Counted from the first letter of the stretch, positions 1 through 9,546 are shown. The stretch: 50,038 bases of DNA from Parcubacteria group bacterium (GCA_002687175.1 NYZP01000023.1:1-50038), one strand, 5' to 3'. A program made the numbers and translations. Notes: generated from the sequence alone by a model not told the origin.

Positions 1-90
1 AAAGCTACAAAACGAAAACCAGCTAAACGAAAAGCTGCAAAACGAAAACCAGCTAAACGAAAAGCTGCAAAACGAAAACCAGCTAAACGA
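1..90. repeat. 30-bp tandem repeat x3 (aaagctgcaaaacgaaaaccagctaaacga)
   Basis: Copies at 1-30, 31-60 and 61-90. Copies 2 and 3 are identical; copy 1 differs at one base. Confidence 0.9.
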
Positions 91-105
91 AGAAAGAAAC
101 GATAA
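1..105 (+). CDS. 3' end of a gene encoding a Lys/Arg/Ala-rich basic tail (5'-partial)
   Basis: Frame 1 is open from the window edge and reads KATKRKPAKRKAAKRKPAKRKAAKRKPAKRRKKR, with TAA at 103-105. A hairpin terminator follows. Confidence 0.5.
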   Translation, partial: KATKRKPAKRKAAKRKPAKRKAAKRKPAKRRKKR

Positions 106-125
106 AATAGATTTCATAACAAAAA

Positions 126-150
126 TTCCCGCACTGGCGGGAGTTTTTGT
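126..150 (+). terminator. intrinsic terminator
   Basis: Stem ttcccgc/gcgggag with loop actg, followed by ttttt. Confidence 0.7.
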
Positions 151-193
151 TTACCTTATTATATCGTCAAGATAGGGCAATACCCTGTCCAAG

Positions 194-1450
194 CTAAATC
201 AAAGACTTTTGCTCTGGTTTTAATATCTGGCCTGGTTTTATAGCTTTAATAACCCCATAAACGCCATCATAGCCAGCTACCGGCTCCACCCTGTTTTCCC
301 TAATATTCTTGATAGCCATGGCAATTTCTGGTGATCCAATGGCTTCAATTTCCTCGTAAGATCTGTCTAATAATATTTCAAATTCACTACCGCCTTTTTC
401 AATTATTTCTTCATAAGCTGCTTGAACTTTTTTAGAATTTTTTCCAACTTCTAAAATTTCTGAAATAACCTCTGGTAAAGGAACCAAACTTTTAAAAGGA
501 ATAATATTCTTTGGTTCAAAGCCTTCATCACGATCTGCTAAAACATCGACGCGATTTAAAACACCAATAGTTAATTTCTTTTTACATATTGGACAAATAT
601 CTTTATTCTTGTTTGACTCCTGGGGAGTAAAATTTATATTACATGATCGATGACCATCATGATGATATTTTCCTTCTTCGGGAAAAAATTCAATGGTGTA
701 CAAAAAATTTTTTTTATCTTTATCTTTAATTATTCGATAAATTTCGTCGTAACTTAATTTTTCTTCGTCAATCTCAAAAACATTTGCTTCCCTTCCTAAG
801 TTAGCCGACGAATGTGCGTCAGAATTTGAAATTAAAGTTAAGTTATCTAACATTGATAATCGCCAATTCATCGGTGGATCTGACGACAAACCAGTTTCAA
901 TTCCGTAAATATATTTTGTCATCTCGCCAAAACATTCTTCTAAGGTATCAAAACCAGAGTTGGAACCAAAAACGGAAAACCATGGCGTCCAAGCGTGAGC
1001 TGGAATAACCATGCAATACTTATCAGCTTCTAAAATAATTTTTGTTAGCTCGTCGGCATGAAGCCCCATGATTGGCCGACCATCAGAGGAAATATTAACT
1101 CCCCTCTTTAATAAAGCGGCAACAATTTTTTCCACGGACTCAAAGCTTGGAGCAAAAACACAAAGATGAATTCTCCTAACCTTGTCTCCTTGTTTATAGA
1201 TACAAGAAAGTTCTGCAGTCAGCATAAATAATACTTTACCATCACTTTCTTTAAGCTTAAATAAGCCTGGCTTATCTTCAACCAATTTTTCCTTAAGTTC
1301 TTTAAACCAGACTGGATGAGTAAAGTCGCCAGTACCGACGATTTGGATTCCCTTTTTCTTGGCCCAAATTTCATTATGCTCTAAATCTAAATTTTTAGAA
1401 CAAGCCCGAGAGTATTTTGAGTGAATATGTAGGTCGGCAATGTATCTCAT
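194..1450 (-). CDS. PHP-domain endonuclease Q-like protein (TIGR00375-type)
   Basis: 418-aa ORF. The N-terminus DLHIHSKYSRACS is a PHP metal site, and a later CPICKKK zinc-finger-like cluster resembles EndoQ family proteins (from memory). TTGTAA-N17-TAGAAT lies at 1460-1488 upstream. Confidence 0.7.
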   Translation of the reverse strand: MRYIADLHIHSKYSRACSKNLDLEHNEIWAKKKGIQIVGTGDFTHPVWFKELKEKLVEDKPGLFKLKESDGKVLFMLTAELSCIYKQGDKVRRIHLCVFAPSFESVEKIVAALLKRGVNISSDGRPIMGLHADELTKIILEADKYCMVIPAHAWTPWFSVFGSNSGFDTLEECFGEMTKYIYGIETGLSSDPPMNWRLSMLDNLTLISNSDAHSSANLGREANVFEIDEEKLSYDEIYRIIKDKDKKNFLYTIEFFPEEGKYHHDGHRSCNINFTPQESNKNKDICPICKKKLTIGVLNRVDVLADRDEGFEPKNIIPFKSLVPLPEVISEILEVGKNSKKVQAAYEEIIEKGGSEFEILLDRSYEEIEAIGSPEIAMAIKNIRENRVEPVAGYDGVYGVIKAIKPGQILKPEQKSLI

Positions 1451-1486
1451 AATGATATGATTCTATCATTTAAAGAAAATTTTTAC

Positions 1487-1522
1487 AAAAATAAAAGCGA
1501 ATTACGGTTTTTCATAATTCGC
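1487..1522 (-). terminator. intrinsic terminator
   Basis: 8-bp stem gcgaatta (1497-1504) / taattcgc (1515-1522), followed on the minus strand by a T-run (1487-1496). Confidence 0.6.
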
Positions 1523-1525
1523 GGT

Positions 1526-1702
1526 TTAGGCTTTAACATCAAGCCGGTGTACCGGAAAAGGAACAATGATCGCTTTTTTAATGGGTGGTGATAATTCGTG
1601 CTCGTCAATAATAACGAGCCCACTAAAACAAAAAAAGCAGACGTCATTTTTGCGGTCATGGATCATTCGTAGGTGACCGCAGTGGCTACAAATTCCAATC
1701 AT
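1526..1702 (-). CDS. small zinc-ribbon-like protein (58 aa), below the ORF-track cut-off
   Basis: Hand translation: MIGICSHCGHLRMIHDRKNDVCFFCFSGLVIIDEHELSPPIKKAIIVPFPVHRLDVKA. It has CxxC...CxxC. A strong AAGGAGGG Shine-Dalgarno lies about 7 nt upstream of the ATG, and a terminator follows directly. Confidence 0.6.
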   Translation of the reverse strand: MIGICSHCGHLRMIHDRKNDVCFFCFSGLVIIDEHELSPPIKKAIIVPFPVHRLDVKA

Positions 1703-1776
1703 TTCACGGCCCTCCTTAATTTCAGAATAATCCTTTTTATCACATTATACAAACATTGTCAATGATTTTTATAAAA

Positions 1777-1810
1777 CTAATAGCCCTGGCCTTAAGGCCA
1801 GGGCTATTAG
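1777..1810. terminator. perfect 15-bp hairpin, bidirectional terminator-like
   Basis: ctaatagccctggcc ttaa ggccagggctattag, flanked by A/T runs, immediately after the stop of 1832..2584. Confidence 0.6.
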
Positions 1811-1831
1811 TTTCTCTATTTTCTATAAAAA

Positions 1832-2584
1832 TTAAGCTAGTTTTTCAATTGATTTTAATTGCTCTTCAGTGTTAATCCCTAAAGCTTCTTTTGGTTCAAT
1901 ATCAACCGTAGTTATTTTTTTACCTTGCTTAAAAGCCATATCCACCAGATCGGTTAAATAATACTCACCCTGATCATTGTCATTCTTCAGTTTATCTAAA
2001 TTTTGCCACAGCCAGTCAGCTTCAAAGCAGTAATACCCCGGATTAATCTCTTTAATCTCTTTTTGTTCTGCCGTCGCATCTCTAAATTCAACAATCTTAT
2101 TAATCTTACCCTGATCATCTTTCACTATTCTGCCGAAATTATTAAAAGCTTGTCGCCAATCTTTAAAATCACTAACCTTAGTTGTTGCCATGGTAATAAC
2201 AGATTTTTCTGCTAAATGAGTATTGGCAATTTTTTTAATAGTGATAGAAGTAACTAAAGGAGCATCACCATACCAAACCATTATATGCTGAGCTATACCT
2301 TCTAACTCTTTTCTGCTGGTCATAACTGCATGACCAGTGCCCAATTGCTCTGGCTGTAAAATATATATATAATCCGGCCCTAAGGCCTTTTTAACTAAAT
2401 CGGCCATTTTACCGACCACTAGTGCTGACTTTTCACAGACACCTGACTCTTTGATGGCGTCTAATAAATGTTGAACTAAATGTTTTCCCTTAAACGGAAT
2501 CAAAACTTTAGGTAATTCTTTATTACCCATTCGTTTGCCGACTCCGGCCGCTAAAACTAAAATTTGGATCTTATTTTCCTTCAT
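1832..2584 (-). CDS. sugar-1-phosphate nucleotidyltransferase (GlmU N-terminal-domain-like)
   Basis: 250 aa. LAAGVGKRMG..LPKVL is the NTP-transferase signature. There is no beta-helix domain. Its start overlaps the upstream gene by 14 nt. Confidence 0.8.
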   Translation of the reverse strand: MKENKIQILVLAAGVGKRMGNKELPKVLIPFKGKHLVQHLLDAIKESGVCEKSALVVGKMADLVKKALGPDYIYILQPEQLGTGHAVMTSRKELEGIAQHIMVWYGDAPLVTSITIKKIANTHLAEKSVITMATTKVSDFKDWRQAFNNFGRIVKDDQGKINKIVEFRDATAEQKEIKEINPGYYCFEADWLWQNLDKLKNDNDQGEYYLTDLVDMAFKQGKKITTVDIEPKEALGINTEEQLKSIEKLA

Positions 2585-3287
2585 ATTTTATTTCTTCTTC
2601 ACTAACGCGCCTCACCGGCTTTTCATTTTCTTGTTCTTCAATAACCTGCGCGGCAAGACCAGGAGTACGGCCAATAACAAACAGCGCTTTGCCGGCCTTG
2701 GCAGAAAATCCCATTTCCAGTAAAATAGCGGCCATTACACCATCTACATTAAGTGGCAATTTTTTAACCTTTTGCTTCTCCAGCTCAGTCTCAATTGACT
2801 GAACTAAATCAATATATTTTGATTGATAACTCAACTCTTGACATAGTTTTAATATTTGCTGAGTTCGCGGATCGGCTTCTTTATAAATTTTATGGCCAAA
2901 ACCATAAATCAAATTTTTGTTATCTAAATTATTCTTCACAAACTCGGCAACATCATTAACATTAATTAACTGCTTCATTGCTCCTTCGATTGCCCCGCCG
3001 TGGTAATCCCCTAAGGACAAGACACCGCTGGCAATAGCAGTATTAACGCTGTTGCCACCAGAAGCGACAAATCGTGCTGCTTGGCTAGAAGTTGTACCCA
3101 TCCCATGATCAATCACACTAATTAACATGGTTGAAAATATTTTTGACTCTTGATCGTTAGGTTTTCTAGCAGCCAAAATTAAGAAAATAGCATCGCTAAA
3201 ACTACCTGACATTAAATCGGAAAGTTTCTCACCACGAATGATGTGGTCATCTGCAGTCATTTTAGAAATTGATGTTTTGTAATCCAT
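2571..3287 (-). CDS. citrate-synthase-fold protein, citryl-CoA lyase-like
   Basis: 238 aa with GDYHGGA and GFGHKIYKEADPRTQ motifs of the citrate synthase / ACL C-terminal fold. It is far shorter than a full citrate synthase. Confidence 0.7.
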   Translation of the reverse strand: MDYKTSISKMTADDHIIRGEKLSDLMSGSFSDAIFLILAARKPNDQESKIFSTMLISVIDHGMGTTSSQAARFVASGGNSVNTAIASGVLSLGDYHGGAIEGAMKQLINVNDVAEFVKNNLDNKNLIYGFGHKIYKEADPRTQQILKLCQELSYQSKYIDLVQSIETELEKQKVKKLPLNVDGVMAAILLEMGFSAKAGKALFVIGRTPGLAAQVIEEQENEKPVRRVSEEEIKYEGK

Positions 3288-3311
3288 AACTTTTATCGTT
3301 TTATTTTTTAT

Positions 3312-4217
3312 TTATTTTTCTTGATTTAAAGCAATCTTTACTAAATCAGGAATTTGATAATGATAGTCAGCAATTAAAACTCCTGCTTCTTTTAATACTT
3401 TTTTCTTCGACTGGGCCGTGTCAGCTCCCTTATGAATAATTGCGCCGGCATGACCCAAGGCTAAACTGCGACCAATTTTTTCGGCGAATTGTCCAGAAAT
3501 AAAAGCAACTAACGGCTTAGTAAACTGTTTAGTTTTAACGGCCTCCGCCACTAATTGTTCATAGTTACCACCAATTTCACCAAAAAATACCACTACCTTG
3601 GTTTCCTCATCTTGTTCAAATAATTTTAGAATATCTACAAAATCACAACCAATTAAAACATCTCCGCCAATACCGACCACTGTGCTTTGCCCTAAACCCT
3701 TTTGTGTAAGGACTAAGGCAGTTTCCGCGCACATCCCACCGCTTTTAGAAATAATACCTATGTTGCCGGGTGAATACATCTTGCTCTCCTGGGGCTTACC
3801 AATTGATCCAAGTTTTCCTAAATTAGTATTTAAAATACCAACTGAAGATGGGCCAACAACTTGGCAGTTAAAAAGTTTTGCCTGCTCAATAATTTTAGCA
3901 CTATCCGGGACTGGAACATTTTCCGTGATAATAACTAAAACTTTAACACCACCATTAATCGCCTCTAAGGCGGCGTCTAAAACCATTAGCGGTGGAACAA
4001 ATAAAACGCTGGTGTTAATAGTACCATCATGTTCAAAGGCCTCTAAAACACTATCAAAGATAGGTAAATCTAATACTTTTTGACCACCTTTACCAGGTGT
4101 AACACCACAAGACACCTTAATCCCCGACTCAATCATTGATTGAGCCGCTCGACTTCCTTCTTTGCCGGTCATTCCCTGAACTACAACATTGGTGTTTTGA
4201 TTTATTAAAATACTCAT
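3312..4217 (-). CDS. CoA-binding SucD/AclA-N/CcsB-like subunit
   Basis: 301 aa. It has a VVQGMTGKEG CoA-binding start and the GHAGAI phospho-histidine loop. Confidence 0.8.
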   Translation of the reverse strand: MSILINQNTNVVVQGMTGKEGSRAAQSMIESGIKVSCGVTPGKGGQKVLDLPIFDSVLEAFEHDGTINTSVLFVPPLMVLDAALEAINGGVKVLVIITENVPVPDSAKIIEQAKLFNCQVVGPSSVGILNTNLGKLGSIGKPQESKMYSPGNIGIISKSGGMCAETALVLTQKGLGQSTVVGIGGDVLIGCDFVDILKLFEQDEETKVVVFFGEIGGNYEQLVAEAVKTKQFTKPLVAFISGQFAEKIGRSLALGHAGAIIHKGADTAQSKKKVLKEAGVLIADYHYQIPDLVKIALNQEK

Positions 4218-4218
4218 A

Positions 4219-5454
4219 TTATTTATGTAATTTATGTTCCTTGACTTTTTCGGCCATTAATTTGGCAGCCAAAGTCATTGGAGTTTCTTCACCATATAAA
4301 CTAATATCAAAATCATTCTCTGCCGCGAGTTTTTTTAGCATCGCAAAGGCCTTTTCATCATTTGGCCCAGCACGCCTAACTACTATTGGATAATTTGGTT
4401 TTGGTTTAACTACTTTTAAACCTTCGGCAAAACCAGATAAAGTTTCAAATATATCGGTAAAATTTGCCGTTCCACCAATAACCAAACAACCATTTAAACC
4501 TTCTTTAGATAAAGTAACCTCCGTTAATTTTTTAACTTTTTCAGCCGAGGGATTACCACTGTATTCAGTATAGTTTGCTGGTGCTCCACCAGCTTGGATT
4601 AGAGCATCCATACAAGTTAGTGATGCACCGCCACCAGAGGCTAAGACGGCAATATCACCATCAAGGTCAACAAAAGTTTTTCCAGCCACTCCCCGGTGAT
4701 CATGAATATCAATTCGACGGGCCTCTAGTTCTCGTTGATTTAAAACTGACTTTTCTTCGGTGTCGGTGACATCATGAAAAATTTCCTGTCGGGCAATAGC
4801 ATTGTCATCGATTGTAATCTTGGCATCGCCAGCATAAAGCACGTCATCTTTGGTTTTAATAATTGGGTTGATTTCACAGGCCGTACAGTCATACTTTATA
4901 AAACAGTTAAAAACTTTTTTGATAAGCCCAGCTAGTTGTATTTTTTCTGCTCCCTTGAAACCAACCTGTCTGGCAATTTCCCGAGCTTCAAAGTCATGCA
5001 GAACATCAACTTTTCTAGGATAAAAAATTGTTAAGTCTTTCGGTGCTTCGTCTTCGGCATTAATGCCACCATTTTTAGAAAAAAGAATCATTGGCTGTCT
5101 TTTTACGGTGTCATAAACAATGGCTAAAAAATATTCTTTATCAATTTCTAATTTTTTTTCAATTAGTAAAGTATCGATGGGCTGATTATTGTATTCCTTG
5201 TCATAAAGCTGATCAATCAACTCTAAGGATGTTGCATAATCATCCGAAGTTCCAATCAATCCTAACTTTTTTCTGTTACCACCAATAACTTGCGGCTTAA
5301 TAATAATTTTTTTATTATCCACAAAAAACTGACGGTAGTTCTCTTTGTGATAAGAAAGATTTATATAAGATTTATTATTGGTCACAATTGCCGGTGGAAT
5401 CTTAATACCGCTTTTTTCTAGCAACTCTTTTCCTTTGTATTCTAAAAGTTTCAT
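4219..5454 (-). CDS. ATP-grasp AclB/CcsA-like subunit (SucC family)
   Basis: 411 aa starting MKLLEYKGKELL. Motifs SGGGAS, PANYTEYSGNPS, GGTANFTD and VVRRAGPN match the ATP-citrate-lyase-type versions (ANYGEYSG, IANFT, VRRGGPN) rather than the SucC versions (ANFLDVGGG). Confidence 0.8.
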   Translation of the reverse strand: MKLLEYKGKELLEKSGIKIPPAIVTNNKSYINLSYHKENYRQFFVDNKKIIIKPQVIGGNRKKLGLIGTSDDYATSLELIDQLYDKEYNNQPIDTLLIEKKLEIDKEYFLAIVYDTVKRQPMILFSKNGGINAEDEAPKDLTIFYPRKVDVLHDFEAREIARQVGFKGAEKIQLAGLIKKVFNCFIKYDCTACEINPIIKTKDDVLYAGDAKITIDDNAIARQEIFHDVTDTEEKSVLNQRELEARRIDIHDHRGVAGKTFVDLDGDIAVLASGGGASLTCMDALIQAGGAPANYTEYSGNPSAEKVKKLTEVTLSKEGLNGCLVIGGTANFTDIFETLSGFAEGLKVVKPKPNYPIVVRRAGPNDEKAFAMLKKLAAENDFDISLYGEETPMTLAAKLMAEKVKEHKLHK

Positions 5455-5457
5455 AAA

Positions 5458-6711
5458 TTATTTTATAAATTCTGGTTTACCCGCTTCGCCGCGAGGCGAG
5501 ACTTTTTTAACTTTTGCCTGCTGACGATCCGGTCCAGTTATTTGAAAAACTTTTTCCATTAATTTTTTGTCTGTACCGGTCATTTTGATCTTACGTCGTG
5601 GCATAACTTTACTTTGCGTTTTTTGGGCAACAGCTAATGGGCACTCAACCCATTTTTTTAACATTGTTCCAGCATTGGTAAATGATGGGACATCAGACGT
5701 AATTGTTCCATATAACAAACAATTAACTCCAATTACCTTGCCAGTATATACCATTGTACCAATTGCTGTTTTAGTATAATCCCCAACAATCGCTCCTAAA
5801 TATTGGCGGCCGGTGTCTTTTCCTAACATTTTTACCTTACTGTAGGTATTTTTTAGGTCAGAAAAACTGGTACCGCCACCAATATTAACCCACTCACCAA
5901 TATAGCTGTCTGCAATCACGCCGGTGTGAACTTTATTGCTGTAGCCCTGAACCGTTACGTTGACCACCTCGCCACCCAATTTGGTAACATCACCAATACT
6001 GGAGCTACCATTTAAACTGGTAAAACTAACGATCTGACAATTTTTTCCGATATAAAGCGGTCCTCGTAACACGGACATTTCCTCGATCACACTGTTGTCA
6101 TCAATGATAATTATGCCTTTAGTATTATCAATAAAAGGTTTACCTTCAATGGTAACATTCTTACCTACAAAAACATTTGGTTTTAGTTGTTTAAAATTTT
6201 TAGAAAAATGTTTCAGGTTAATTGGTAATATTTCCTCATTATAAGAAATAACGTCCCAAGGGTATTCGAACAAAGGCCAATTAACTTTTTTGACTGGCAA
6301 TTTTAATTTAATTAAAAATCCAACTACTTCCGGTTGTTTTAGTTTGGTTATATCTTTATTTTTTAAATCAATCTCTGTCAAATCTAAATAGGCACCAACA
6401 ATTTGAGTTTTACTTTTTAACAAAACACTTTTATTTATTTTTTTAATTTCATTAATAATTTTTACACTGGGTACTATTGAACCATCTAAAAATAAAATCT
6501 TTGGATTATTAGCTTTTACCGATTTAAATTTTTGAACAGCAGTCTTCATCAAATAGTCACGAACTAAAAAATTAATTTTAACTGGTTTAAGCTCTTGTTG
6601 TAATAATTTATACAAAGTTGTTCCACCACAAAGAATATCAAAACTTGGCCGAGCTAAAGAAATCGGCTGTAAATTTTGTACATTACTATTTTCGTAAAAA
6701 ATTATTTTCAT
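5458..6711 (-). CDS. GlmU-like protein with left-handed beta-helix acyltransferase half
   Basis: 417 aa. The N-terminal half is nucleotidyltransferase-like and the C-terminal half carries hexapeptide repeats (IGKNCQI, IGDVTKL, IGEWVNIGGG). It resembles the alternative bacterial GlmU family (from memory). Confidence 0.65.
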   Translation of the reverse strand: MKIIFYENSNVQNLQPISLARPSFDILCGGTTLYKLLQQELKPVKINFLVRDYLMKTAVQKFKSVKANNPKILFLDGSIVPSVKIINEIKKINKSVLLKSKTQIVGAYLDLTEIDLKNKDITKLKQPEVVGFLIKLKLPVKKVNWPLFEYPWDVISYNEEILPINLKHFSKNFKQLKPNVFVGKNVTIEGKPFIDNTKGIIIIDDNSVIEEMSVLRGPLYIGKNCQIVSFTSLNGSSSIGDVTKLGGEVVNVTVQGYSNKVHTGVIADSYIGEWVNIGGGTSFSDLKNTYSKVKMLGKDTGRQYLGAIVGDYTKTAIGTMVYTGKVIGVNCLLYGTITSDVPSFTNAGTMLKKWVECPLAVAQKTQSKVMPRRKIKMTGTDKKLMEKVFQITGPDRQQAKVKKVSPRGEAGKPEFIK

Positions 6712-6713
6712 AT

Positions 6714-8552
6714 TTATTCAACAGTTACACTCTTGGCTAAATTTCTTGGTTTATCAACATCACAATCTTTAAGGGTAGCAACATGATAAGCTAAAAGTTG
6801 TAATGGCACTACGGCAAGAATCGGGGTCAGCATTTCTAAAGTTTTGGGAATATAAAAAACTTCATCAGCAATTTTTTTTATTTCCTCGTCACCTTCGGTG
6901 GCCACCGCAATAATTTTTCCTTTTCTGGCTTTTACTTCTTCGATATTACTAATATTTTTTTCGTAGACACTGTCTTTAGGACAGACAAACACAGTAGGAA
7001 AATTTTCATCAATCATTGCTATTGGTCCGTGCTTTAATTCTCCAGACGAGCCACCCTCAGCATGGATGTAAGAAATTTCTTTTAATTTTAATGCTCCTTC
7101 TAAAGCAATTGGAAAATTATATTTTCGTCCTAAAAAGAAAAAATCATTATAGTCTTTATACTTCTCTGCGATTTCTAAAATTGATTGATTAGTTTTTAAA
7201 ATTGTAGAAATGTATTCGGGAATTTTTAAAAGTTCTTCGGTAATGCGTTTACCCATAGTAACAGACATTTGTCTTTGTCGACCTAAAAATAAAGTTAGTA
7301 ATGAGAGGACAGTAAGCTGAGAAACAAAAACCTTAGTTGAGGCTACGCCAATTTCTGGACCGGCGTGATTATAAATTCCAGCATCAGTTTCTTTAGCAAT
7401 AGAACTGCCAGTGACATTAGCAATTCCGATAGTTAATACCCCTTTTTCTTTAACTTCTTTAATTACCGCTAAAGTATCGGCCGTTTCACCTGACTGACTT
7501 AGCACTAAAACTGCCTCTTTTTTGGGGTCAATTACCGCTTTACGGTATCTAAATTCCGAGGAAACACACACCTCTGTTGGTATCCCGGCATACTCTTCGA
7601 GCATATATTCGCCAATTAAAGCGGCATATGAAGCCGTACCACAGGCGACAACGGTAATACGTTCAATTTGACGAAGTTTATCCTCTACCCTTGAAAGGCC
7701 ACCTAAAACAGCCTTGCCTTCCTCGGAGATTAACCTTCCTCGTAAAGTATTCCTTACCGTCTCCGGTTGTTCCATAATTTCTTTAAGCATGAAATGATCA
7801 TACCCGCCTTTTTCCGCTTCCGTTAAATCCCATTCAATTTCTTCAATTTCTTTATCAATGGTACCACCGCCAACTAAACTGGAGATAGCATAATCAGTTC
7901 CTTTGATAACCGCAATCTCGCCATCACCTAAAGTTACAAGTTGTGAAGTATAATTTAAAATAGCTGACGGGTCTGAAGCAATGATTAATTGATCAGCACC
8001 AACGCCAATTCGTAGCGGGCTACTAAACCGAGCAGCAATTAAAGTTTCTGGTTCCGACTTGGCCATCACCAGTAAGGCGTACGCTCCTTTAATAAGTCGT
8101 AAAGATTTTCTGACAGCTTGTTCTAAATCATCACCGGACTTTAAAAATTTTGAAACTAAGTGAGCAATTACTTCCGTATCGGTATCACTGCTAAATTTAT
8201 GTCCCTCTTTTTCTAAATTAGTTTTTAAAGTTTTATAGTTTTCAATGATGCCGTTGTGAACAACAAAGACATTTCCTTCACCATCGCTGTGCGGATGAGC
8301 ATTCTTTTGTGATGGCTCACCGTGAGTAGCCCAACGAGTATGGGCAATGCCAATACTGCCTTCCAAATCTTGATTGGCTAATATTTTTTCCAATTCTGCT
8401 ACGCGCCCCTTAACTTTAAAATTATTGATGGTATCACCATCTAATACTGCGACTCCCGCCGAATCATAACCACGATATTCTAGGCGCCTTAAACCTTCCA
8501 GTAAAATTGGTCTCGCTTGATTTTTTCCAATGTAACCGACAATACCGCACAT
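6714..8552 (-). CDS. glmS: glutamine--fructose-6-phosphate aminotransferase
   Basis: 612 aa with an MCGIVGY Ntn-amidotransferase start, two SIS domains and a C-terminal KSVTVE. Confidence 0.95.
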   Translation of the reverse strand: MCGIVGYIGKNQARPILLEGLRRLEYRGYDSAGVAVLDGDTINNFKVKGRVAELEKILANQDLEGSIGIAHTRWATHGEPSQKNAHPHSDGEGNVFVVHNGIIENYKTLKTNLEKEGHKFSSDTDTEVIAHLVSKFLKSGDDLEQAVRKSLRLIKGAYALLVMAKSEPETLIAARFSSPLRIGVGADQLIIASDPSAILNYTSQLVTLGDGEIAVIKGTDYAISSLVGGGTIDKEIEEIEWDLTEAEKGGYDHFMLKEIMEQPETVRNTLRGRLISEEGKAVLGGLSRVEDKLRQIERITVVACGTASYAALIGEYMLEEYAGIPTEVCVSSEFRYRKAVIDPKKEAVLVLSQSGETADTLAVIKEVKEKGVLTIGIANVTGSSIAKETDAGIYNHAGPEIGVASTKVFVSQLTVLSLLTLFLGRQRQMSVTMGKRITEELLKIPEYISTILKTNQSILEIAEKYKDYNDFFFLGRKYNFPIALEGALKLKEISYIHAEGGSSGELKHGPIAMIDENFPTVFVCPKDSVYEKNISNIEEVKARKGKIIAVATEGDEEIKKIADEVFYIPKTLEMLTPILAVVPLQLLAYHVATLKDCDVDKPRNLAKSVTVE

Positions 8553-8647
8553 ATATTTTTAAAAAATAATTATTAGCTTATTATTTTTAGTAAATTTTAT
8601 TTTGAGAGAAGTACACATAATACTACATTTTTTCATTTAGGTAAACC

Positions 8648-9385
8648 CTAAAGTTTTCCCCAGATAAATTCAAAAGTCATTTTTTGAGTTTGATAAATAT
8701 TTTTATCTTCAATAATAACACCAATTGGTTTTTGATTATCATCAACCGAAATCATAGCTAGTTTATCTGAATAAATAATAATATAAGTTGGAGCACTTTC
8801 TTTTTTGGTTAACCATTTCCTTTCATCCAGTCCCCTAGTTTCGCCACCCGGTCCGATTGAAATTACTTTAACCTTAATTCCTTTTTTAATTCGGTCGTCA
8901 GAAAATTCCGGATAAACATTATACAAATAATCTTTTATCGCTGAGGAAGAAAAAACATAATATTCTTTTTCTGCAATTTCATTCGAGCTACTAATCACAT
9001 CTTGCAGAATTAATTTAATGCCGGAATAACCATCATAAAATTTTGCTACTGGTTTAGCACCAGCTTTATTATAAATTGATTTAAGCTCAGGAATAATTTG
9101 ATCAACTGATTTTTTAGTTTTCTCCAGCTCCTGCTTTTTCCGATCAAGAGTGTCTTTAAGTTTTTCCGGATCTTCCGCAATAAAATACTGTTTTTTATCT
9201 TTATGATAATAACTAATTAAACCTTGTTCTATTAAAGATTTTAGAATATCATAAGTTGTCCCCCGATTTATGTCAGCAATTTCGGCAATTTTCCTAACTG
9301 AAGATGGTCCAGCTTTTAAGCAAGATAAATAGACTTTTACTTCTTTGTCGCTTAAACCAAGGGTTTTTAAAATGTTTTCGATCAT
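8648..9385 (-). CDS. TrmB-family transcriptional regulator
   Basis: N-terminal winged HTH LGLSDKEVKVYLSCLKAGPSSVRKIAEIADINRGTTYDILKSLIEQGLI. Confidence 0.75.
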   Translation of the reverse strand: MIENILKTLGLSDKEVKVYLSCLKAGPSSVRKIAEIADINRGTTYDILKSLIEQGLISYYHKDKKQYFIAEDPEKLKDTLDRKKQELEKTKKSVDQIIPELKSIYNKAGAKPVAKFYDGYSGIKLILQDVISSSNEIAEKEYYVFSSSAIKDYLYNVYPEFSDDRIKKGIKVKVISIGPGGETRGLDERKWLTKKESAPTYIIIYSDKLAMISVDDNQKPIGVIIEDKNIYQTQKMTFEFIWGKL

Positions 9386-9546
9386 AATTAGATATTATAT
9401 ACTTCTTAGATTTATTGTCAAGTTTTTTTCTACACTTTTTGTGGATAAACAAAAAAATAAGTAAATTAAGCCAAATATTTTAAAGTAAATTGTCAATAAA
9501 TTTTGCTAAATTGTCATGGTACTTATTAGCTGATAAAATAACCTAT

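Noticed and set aside
3598-4083. Antisense or shadow ORFs inside well-supported genes. Examples are 814..1008, 2003..2215, 3598..4083, 19726..20190, 23951..24268, 24871..25230, 38130..38450 and 48237..48638.
   Set aside because: They are opposite-strand or alternate-frame ORFs within genes that carry clear family motifs. They have no Shine-Dalgarno sequence or motif of their own.
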